Below the pieces are notes generated by a model that worked only from the letters and a program-made list of their open reading frames with translations, ran no database searches and was not told where the DNA came from. The position numbers were made by a program, and so were the translations under genes. This document shows, piece by piece, positions 55,613-64,000 of a stretch of 64,000 nt of DNA. The DNA is from Nageia nagi (taxonomy: Eukaryota > Plantae > Pinophyta). The stretch is taken from assembly GCA_050084985.1 (NCBI GenBank), contig JBITNC010000001.1, positions 43,524,001 through 43,588,000 on the forward strand, read 5' to 3'. Each line of letters begins with the position of its first letter. Positions within the stretch are counted from its first letter, which is position 1.

Positions 55613-56045
55613 TGTAGGCTATCTTGAGGGAGATTTGAACTTCATTGCTAAAATACCCATAAACCATGAATTGGGTGTGTGTATATGTCTTCTTGGTGCT
55701 TGTAAATCAAATGTTGTGGTTTGTGTAGGCTATCTTGAGGGACATTTGAAATTCATTGCAAAATACCCATAAACCTTGCATTAGATGTGTGCATGTGTCT
55801 ACTTGGTACTTTAAAATTGAATGCTATGGTTCAAGAAGGTTATATTGAGGAAGGTTTTAAATTCATTGCAAAAATACCCATAAACCTTGAATTGGGTGTG
55901 TAGATGTGTCTACTTGGTGCTCATAAATTGAATCAAGTGGTTTGTGTAGGTTATGGGAGCTTTGAAATTCACTACCAAAATACCCATAAACCATGAATTG
56001 GGTGTGTGCATGCATCAACTTGGTGCTTGTAAATCAAATGTTGTA
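55613..56045 (+). repeat. Four tandem ~111-bp units of the PPR S2/E1 junction
   Basis: Unit tgtaggctatcttgaggga.atttgaa.ttcattgc.aaaatacccataaacc.tgaattgggtgtgtg.atgtgtctacttggtgct..taaat..aatg..gtggtt, starting ~55613, 55724, 55835, 55945. Confidence 0.92.
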
Positions 56046-56049
56046 AGTT

Positions 56050-56395
56050 TATTTGACAAGATGCATAACATAAATAAAGTTTCATATTCTATAATGATTG
56101 CATGATACAAAAAATGGGTTTTTTGAAAAAGGCTTGTAGACACATGAAATATGTGTAAGAATAAAACAAGATCCAATATTTATTTGACACAATACATGAT
56201 AAAAACATAGTTTCATAGTGTATAGTGATTACATGATACATAAAATGGGTTTTCAAAAAAAACCCATAGACACATGAAACATGTGGAAGAATACACAAGA
56301 CCCAAGGTAAGTTTGATAAAATGCATGATGTAAAAATAGTTTCATGGTATACAATGTTTACAAGATTCATGGGTTTTATAAAATAATGTAGACAA
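56050..56395 (+). repeat. About three tandem ~130-bp units of a PPR S/P junction
   Basis: tttga.a.aat.cat.a..taaa.a.agtttcat...tata.tgatt.catgataca.aaaatgggtttt...tagacacatgaaa.atgtg.aagaata..caaga starting ~56050, 56180, 56310. Confidence 0.85.
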
Positions 56396-57870
56396 ATATA
56401 AAGCATATTCATATATGCAAAATGTAGAAGAAATATAAAATAATACTGCAAGTCTATAAGATCATAGACCGAAATACCTACTTGCACCTCCTAGATAACA
56501 TGTTTCCCATCAACTAGTCTCACCAAGTCTCCTCTCATCTAGTATCACCACATATCCTCTTGTCTGGTCTCACCACATATCCTCTCATATATCTCCCCTC
56601 TCTTCTCTCATCATGCCAATACACCAAAGGCCCCTCTCCTTCCAATCCCTCTTCTCAAAAAATCTTGAAATGTCAAAAACATTAAGTGCCTACCAATAAA
56701 TTCCCTCTTATGTCCTTTTTTTAATTTCATTTAAAGGCTATTTTTTGCTACCTTATTTGTTTATTTTTGTGTGAGGAAATGTTTCCATATAGAAATCATT
56801 GCTAAAATAAATAATTGGGGTGATTAAAAATTGATACAACAAAACTACCTTAAATTTCCCACCTCCAAGCCCATTTTTGATCTAGTGACTTATGATGAAA
56901 AGTATGAGTATTTTTTGTTTATTGTGATTAAAATAGTTATGTTGATGCTTAAAATCCTAGTTTTGATTAATATTTTCTTTAACATTGAGTCATCACATTC
57001 CAAGAGGATTGAGGGGATACTCACCATGGAGATTGGGATGAATATCTTAGGGTCTATTCTTAACATGCCATTAAAGGATGTGTAGACTACATTATTTATA
57101 TATTTTGGGACTATTATTTCCATACATAGGATTGATTTAATTAGGGAGTTTTGGATTCTTATTGATGACTTGAGGCTGCTATCAGAAGATCAAGGATTGT
57201 TGTATTTGGCATAAATAAAGGGTTTGTTGTCTACATGATAGGGACTGTATTTTGTATTAGTTTTAGGGATGCATATGATGATATATGGAGTGTTACTGGA
57301 GTATGTTTTGATGATTTTTTGAGGACTATTTTTCACTTATTATGGGTTGCATTTGATAAAGTCTTGACTATTATTGGTATATTATTGGAGACCTCTTGGA
57401 TGGCATTCCTTATACCATTTGGAGTCTTCTTTGAAGACTTAATGTTGGTAACCTCTTTATCAATTATGAGGGTTGTTATCATGTGTTTGTATGATGTATG
57501 GGAAACCTTGAGTATTTATTCTAATCCATTTCACCTTGATTTTTATTTCAAACCCAAGTATCACACATTTGTTGAATTTTGGAAAGGAGAAAAGGTTATT
57601 GTCTAAGTTTTGGACTAATTTTGCATAAGAGTTGAGTGGATCTTGATGTGGTTTTATTAGATACTCTAGGGATTGTATCTCTACATGTTGATATTACCTT
57701 TACTACTTTATTCATTCTTACCAAGAAGAATATAATAGCATAAAAACAACATAATAGACCCACTCTTTTAAATTTTATTTGGGACCTTGGGATTGCAGTT
57801 GGGTTTAGCTTGGTGATGATGAGATGTGATGGTATTGTTTGAAGGAAAGAAATTTTGAGAGGGGTGGTAC

Positions 57871-59037
57871 TGTAATATTACCAATTTATCATTATTTATT
57901 TGTATTAACATTATTCTTTACCATAGGTCCTAGATTGTTGATTCATGTTATGGGTTGGATAAAGCATCTTGTGCTAAACATTTTGACAGGTTACACAACA
58001 TGTTTTCATTAGGAAATGAATGAGATATTACCTTTTGAAGTTTACTTGTGAGCTAGTATTCTATAATTGTACACATGATAATTTACTATTTTATTCCATT
58101 TAATGGGATTTTATTTGTGACATCCCTCTCATAGGGATATGAGATAGTAGCTGATTATAACTAGGAGTTATCTATGTAATTTGGAGTCTTTATGTACCCT
58201 TTAATGATAATGACTTGTAATAATGATTTAGTGAGACCTCGAGATAGGAGATTGATGGGTACAAGGGACCAATTGTGAGCCCTAATGTGGGATGTATCCC
58301 TCTTAGAGATATTTAGGAGTGTTTATTAGCATTATACATAAGTATGGTGACTACAAGGAGTGATTATGTGGATATCAAGGTTAATCTATGCTCCTATGGA
58401 TGTGATACGTCCAAGCTTGATGACTCCTAGTGAAGATCTAAGCATCCAAAGTAAGGTTTCATGTATATATTAGGATACTATAGCATTAAGAAGGCATATT
58501 TTAGCATATTTTATATATTCTATTTCAAAGTGTGATGTAGAGTCATCTCTTGGGCATATTATGGATGAAAACCTACAAGGGAAGGGTTTGATGGGATGAA
58601 AACCCCACTAGATCTTGAATGAGGATGAAAACCCTTAGTCATTGGTTGCATTAGTTATACCTTTAGGGACCCAAAAGTTGGGAAGATATCTTTAGTGGAG
58701 GTTCTAGCCTTTGAGGGAGTGGCTTGAGTTATTCATTACAGATCCAATGATTTAGATCCTAGCATTGTTACATCAACCTTCATGGTACATATTTGTCATT
58801 ATTTGGTGCTAGATTTAATTCCTAAATCCATACATAAACCCTTTTGGGATCTATTGCCTTGTATCTTTATCATTCATTGCTATATATTGATGTGTTGTTT
58901 CAATCAATCTCACAATTACTTGTGCATTACATATTTTTGACCATATTTTTGTGTTTGGTATTATTTCATGATCATTGCATGGTTTGTTGCATATTTTAAC
59001 TAATAGTTTGGAATAGAAAATAGTTTTGAACATCCAA
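57871..59037 (+). repeat. Element D 3' LTR
   Basis: TGtaatattaccaatttatcatt...tgaacatccaa. Roughly 80% identical to the 5' LTR in the first ~200 bp by manual count. Confidence 0.9.
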
Positions 59038-62000
59038 AAAAGGTTAAGTAGTTGTAGATTAGTTGGTTGAGGCTCATAAAAGGATGGTATTGCCCTTAAC
59101 ATTGAGTTACCTAATAGTAACCTTTTTGGCATATTTGAGATTGAGGAAGATGTAGAGAAAGAAGACTATGATATAACTTTCTATTTTGATAGCTCACAAT
59201 GTAAATAAGGGGGAGGAGGGGGAATAAGTTTTATCACTCCTTAAGGTATGCCTATCCCATTTCTTTCAAATTGTTTTTGAGTGTACAAATAACAATGTTA
59301 TATATGATGCACTTATCCTTGGTAAAAAAATTGCAATTGAGATGAAACTAGAAAGAGTAATGATTTATGAAGATTCCTTCCTTATTGTAAATTAGATTAA
59401 GGTTATATATCAATGTAACCAACCGCTCTTGCAAAAATATAAGGCAATTATGAAGAAACTATTGAAATACTTTAAGGAATATGAGATTGAATCTACTTCT
59501 AGATCTTCTAACTAATTTGCAGATACTATGGCTTTATTGGGATCTTTAATACCTCAAAATCCATTCAGAAAGGTCACACATGTATAGGTTGTAATATTAC
59601 ATAAGTATTACTTAATATCATGTATACCTTATGATGAGATAAAAATACAAGTAAATTAATCACATGTAGAACCTAAATACTTATGGTACCAACAATATAA
59701 ATATTATCTTAAGTGGTGACCTTACCATTCACTATGTCTACTGGTGAGAAAAGATAGTTTAAATAAAAGGAAATCAAATACACAATGCTAGGAGATGTGG
59801 TATATAGGTGTGAGTATAATGGGGTGCTTCTTAGATGTATTGAGTGGCTTGACCAATAAATTTACATGCATACATGTCATGATGGAACTTGGGAAGGATA
59901 TTTTAGTGGTATTTCTATTTCCAAGTGCTTGATTAGAATGAATTATTATTGACTCACCATGGAAAGAGATTGTCATGACTATGTCATGAAATATGTAAAA
60001 TGCCAACAACATGCTAACTTGAGACATTTAACTTCTCAAGTGCTACAACTATTCAATTTATGTGGCCTTTTTCATAGTGGGGCTTTGATTTAATTGGTTA
60101 GTTTAATCCTACCTCATTAGGAGATCATAAGTTTATTATTACAACCATCAAATATTTAACAAAATGGGTTGAATAAGTACCACTTATATTACTAAAGGAA
60201 CTAAAATTGTAGAGTTTATTGACTATAATATCATATAGAGGTTCAAATACCTGTAAGGATCATTTCAAATAATGTAAAGAATTTTAAAAATCAAGACATG
60301 CAACACTTATGTTATAGATACAAAAAAAGAATAGCTTTTCCACTCCATATTATCTGTAGGGTAATAGGTAAGCTGAGGCCACTAATAAAACTCTTATTTC
60401 TATTCTAAAGAAAATAGTCATAATTTGTCATAGGAATTGGCACACATAGATATTACTATCATTATGGGCTTATAGGACTAGTATTATAACTCCTACAAGG
60501 TAAACACCTTTCTCACTTATCTATGGGCTTGAACTAATTATGCCTCTTGAGCTAGAGAAGCCTTCATTGAGGATATATTTATAAGATTTATTACTAGACC
60601 TGAAGCTAGATAAGTTAGGTTGGATCAATTGGTTTTTCTATATGAGAAGCAAGTCAATACCTTAGAACATTTTAAAGTCTATCAAGACTGCATTAAAAGA
60701 GCATATTAAAAAAGATCAAAGCTAGAGAGTTTTAGATTTATGATATAGTAATTAAAGAAAATCAACAAAATTATCACCAAGAGCTAGTGTTAAGGGATAC
60801 TTTTGCTTTGAATTAGTTGGGTCTCTATATGATAAAATGTAAATTTAGGTCAAGGGCATATCATTTGGCTACTTTGGAGGGTGTGGAGGAGGCATAATCT
60901 ATTAATATTATGCACCTCTATCCTTTTCACATCAAGGGGGACTTGGTCACTTGATTTTTATATTTATTTGTGGTCACTCATGCATCATTAAATACTAAAA
61001 AGCTAAAAACCTAAAAACATAATGGTCTTAATCATCAAACAACTTCTATCAATGTCTTGTATCATCTCATATATTTTCATAATTCCATCATATTGTGGCT
61101 TGTCATGTGATTTTGCTTTTTGTTTGTTTTACATATGCTTATTTGGAAAGGATTACTATTTTGTCTATATTAAATAGTTTCTAGAGTTACTTTTTGCATC
61201 ACTTGTTCAAGCTCATCAAGCTTTGATCAAGGTATTTTGGAGATAATACTTTGATAGTTTCTTTCTTTTAGTGTTTCCTACTTTTTTTGGGAATACAAGG
61301 ACCATAATCACTTGATTCTTTGTATCACTTTCTCTACTTATCAACACTTATTATTTTTATGTACATATTTTATTTTGTATTTTCTTTGCATATGTATGGT
61401 CTTGGAACCATTATACGTCATCTCTTTCCTAGTATGGTTAGAGCTAGGGCATGTATTACACATTAAGTTAGATATCAGTTATAAACCTCTTTGCTATGCT
61501 CATTAAATTTGCTCATTGTATATAATTATTACTAATATTTCATTGTCTTATTTTGTATCACTTGGATTGGGTCCATTGAATGGAACTTTATTTCTATTAT
61601 TGTGAAAAGGTTTTGAATAAGAGTACATTCAACATATTAAAATGGAATTCAGCCCCAAAAATCCTACATCATAACATCATGTTTATATGCATAGATTGGT
61701 CAATTATAATTCTTCTATGAGTTTAATTTATGGCTTCATCTTGAGCATGAGATTTTTTTGCTTATTGATTCCTAAGTATATAACTTTATGTGGTGTTTTA
61801 ACATGGTCACTTTGATGTTGTCTAGTTTTATACTTTACATTTCTTATGTTTCTTTATATTGCTTTAGTTATATTACCTTTTAGGTCAATTGATTTTAAGG
61901 TGTGAGTATGTTTGATTAGTTTTCATATTTGGCATTTTGTATTTTTCATCTTCTATAATTTGGTTTATTCTTTATCTTTTTTTAAAATGTTTAAACACAA

Positions 62001-62829
62001 ACTTTTCAATACGTTTAGTGTTTTATTACTTGATCCTTATTTGTAGTTATCCTATATTCTTTGGGATCAATTTGTTATTCACTTTTCCTTGTTTTAAACT
62101 ATATTGTCTTGTGCTTTGCCATGTTTCTATGCTTTGTCTTACTTATCTTAATATATATTGTTAAAACCAATATATTTTGTACTTACAAATATCTAGTTGC
62201 TTATTCTACTTTGCTTCTTTGATTATCTTATTATTCACATACATTTATTTTTCTTTGTTATAACATTTTATTATGATCATATTTTGATTGTTGCTTGTTA
62301 ATGACATATTGTATTGGGTATACATTTGTGCATTCATTACAACTTATAATTTGGCAAAATTTATGTTTCATATTTACATTTATTTTATTTTATTATACAA
62401 CATATTGTTAAAAAAACATCATCCATAACAATACATGATTTAAAATAACATAAAAATATAATATGTTTTAATCATAAATAAATTTCCTTCAAAATTTTAA
62501 ACATTCACAAATGATATAATCACATACTGATCTATTCACATGCACATAAATATAAAAAACATAATAATATTATGCATCATCTAAATTTAAAAGCTAAACC
62601 ATTAAAAAACTATAACAACATAAACATGCAAGTCTAACAAGCATAAACATCGCATAAAATCATAAAAAGGCATGGAACTATAAAAAAATAATGCATAAGT
62701 TAATATCAAAATATCCATGTGGTACAACAAGTCACCTCTTACAACATTTGAGTCAAAAAATAATATAGGTCTATCAAATGTACATCATGTACTCCTTTAA
62801 ATAACATAAAAACACAAGCATAAAAATCA

Positions 62830-63866
62830 ATCTCCTTGCCTAAAGGAAGAGGGTGAAGATCCATGGTAGGAGGAGGTGGTCATGTGTAGGCTTTGACTCA
62901 TGTTATAGGCCCTATGTGACCTACTTTGGGACCTACCACTCCATGTATAGGATAACTCTAACACATCTAGGATAGGTAGTCTATGTTGTAGGAACTCAAT
63001 CTCATATATTTGTATGCATTGATGTAGTCCTTATATCTGTAAGCCTAATCCATCTATACTTTTTCTAGGGAGTGCTCCCTTTATTGGCTAGATATGAGTT
63101 GCAAATATAGGCTTTGTACCTATTTTTCTAGCTCAATTATACTTTGTACTTCCTCATTATCACCCATCTAGGGTCCCCTCCTATATCATGTATCAATATA
63201 TCTACAGGTGATCCCATATCTACTATTGGAGGTGAAGGATATATTTTCTACCTCACTCAATGTTGAAGGGGATACTCCTCCTCCTTTGCTCCCTTGCTAA
63301 CTCCCCCTCCTATTATCAATCCCCCAATTAGTTCGATTAAGGGTGCTAGATGAGCCATCTAAGATTGCTACCATGTCTCATACCCAACATGGTCCTAACA
63401 TCATCTCTTGCAACTAGTACCTTTATATCATTTATTGTATCCCATATCTTATGGTATGGGATTTGGGGTCTATCATCTTGAACTTGTATGCATTTATATC
63501 CTAGTGGAATTAGGGTACATCTTATGTGAACCCAAACTATTGGTTCATCTTGTCATACTCTATAAAATCTTTAATAAACTTGGTTTTCATCCCATACAAG
63601 GCCCCTATTGTAGGACTTCATATCATATATCAAGCACTTATATAATAATTTATATATATATATATATATATATATAATACATGACATCTATTGGATGAGC
63701 ATGAGACCATCAACCCACATACTATTATGCCAAACATATCACATAAGGTAGGTCTTGGTAGGGCTTATTGAACATCATGTATGCATCATTGTTTATATCA
63801 TAGGGAAGACCTCAAGGTCTCTCCACATTGATATGCTCCCATCCCCACACTTAGAAGAATAAATAG
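62830..63866 (-). pseudogene. Antisense PMD-type ORF remnant of element C
   Basis: Minus strand VWGWEHINVERP at ~63820-63855 (PMD motif LLQ.W.WEH....RP). Same position and orientation as the PMD ORF of B. Cut at 63867. Confidence 0.65.
63651..63676. repeat. (TA)13 microsatellite
   Basis: Perfect TA run. Confidence 0.95.
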
Positions 63867-64000
63867 TGTAATATCCCCAAAACTCACAAAATGCGATTTT
63901 TGTTAAAGTGTAATATTCCAAAGTTGAAATATCACTACTTAGGAATTTATATATATTTTTATATTCTTCTATCTAGCTCAATTCAAATTGAATCTGCAAA
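63867..64000. mobile_element. Probable start of another LTR inserted in the PMD ORF of C
   Basis: TGTAATATCCCC is a typical gypsy LTR terminus and PMD similarity stops here. The partner LTR is outside the window. Confidence 0.55.

Larger units (their letters stand above)
50420..56400. pseudogene. Mosaic of PLS-class PPR gene fragments (P/L/S, P2, S2 and E1-like motifs) in both orientations
   Basis: Plus strand: DIVSWTTMVGGNAIHGYNKDSLKL (50775), LWNAMIGGYAIHS*NKDALKIF (51822), MYAKCG..KAH, CATMGALEEDMDIHQRVVENGFPSNVVVVNVLIAMYAKYGRIHKA (55140), HCICIVDLIFHVGYLEGDLNFIAKIPINHELGVCICLLGACKS (55580). Minus strand: HYTCIIDLLGHVGYL (52200), HYTFIIDLLGCANYLEG (51690), LIDMYAKCGR (53150), GVWMCLL (50705). 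No continuous ORF. Confidence 0.9.
46744..59037 (+). mobile_element. Element D: 12.3-kb non-autonomous LTR retroelement carrying captured PPR fragments
   Basis: LTR pair ~1.2 kb. TSD AAAAG at 46739-46743 and 59038-59042. Removing D restores SIK-G(Q)VVVD(Q)LVEA in C. PBS-Met remnant aagtgtatcatatc (47947-47960) and PPT gagaggggtggtac (57857-57870). No RT/RH motifs seen inside. Confidence 0.9.
59038..63866 (+). mobile_element. Element C, part 2: aRH, integrase and 3' region
   Basis: FYFDSSQC..GGGGGI..CTNN...Y.AL (aRH, ~59180-59530); CQQHANL, WGFDLIG, TPYY..GN..AEATNK, LWAYRTS, SGAYHL (INT, ends ~60935); AT-rich 3' region. Confidence 0.88.

Noticed and set aside
55613-56395. CRISPR-like array
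   Set aside because: Eukaryotic DNA, head-to-tail diverged units with no unique spacers and no cas genes.
50420-56400. A functional or simply decayed single PPR gene
   Set aside because: Fragments are out of order, on both strands, repeated and interrupted by stops; no DYW domain seen.
57235-57606. Hydrophobic 123-aa ORF as an env-like gene
   Set aside because: T-rich decayed sequence gives hydrophobic frames by chance. It may be a remnant of integrase-region DNA, but I cannot support either call.
58408-58635. ttgatga and repeated ggatgaaaacc in D LTRs as a retrozyme-type hammerhead
   Set aside because: I could not build stems I-III around these motifs. An Infernal search on a de-deaminated consensus would settle it.

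Overview
AT-rich, strongly CG-depleted plant nuclear DNA. The TE families and their decay pattern suggest a gymnosperm/conifer (inference). All protein matches were made by hand translation and recall, and identity figures are rough manual counts. The only host coding sequence is the last exon (3019-3300, +) of a CYPRO4/DEM (VID27-like) gene, which the ORF track misses. From ~6.9 kb onward the window is a nested stack of dead retroelements. An RTE/RTE-X-like LINE (- strand) is split in mid-RT by a 32.7-kb Tat-type gypsy element A (LTRs 8334-10270 and 39141-41076; order PROT-aRH-RT-RH-INT). The gag of A is interrupted by a 19-kb Ogre-like element B (RT-RH-aRH-INT, plus an antisense plant-mobile-domain ORF). 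Next is a truncated Ty1/copia element fused by deletion to a second Ogre-like element C. C is interrupted at the end of its RNase H by LTR element D (46744-59037, TSD AAAAG, tRNA-Met PBS, PPT). D has no recognisable RT. It carries ~6.5 kb of shuffled fragments of PLS-class (RNA-editing type) PPR genes in both orientations, with tandem arrays, dispersed inverted repeats and a near-perfect 33-bp hairpin. This LTR-borne PPR-fragment mosaic is the most unusual thing here and is a candidate mobile source of PPR-directed small RNAs or PPR motif shuffling.
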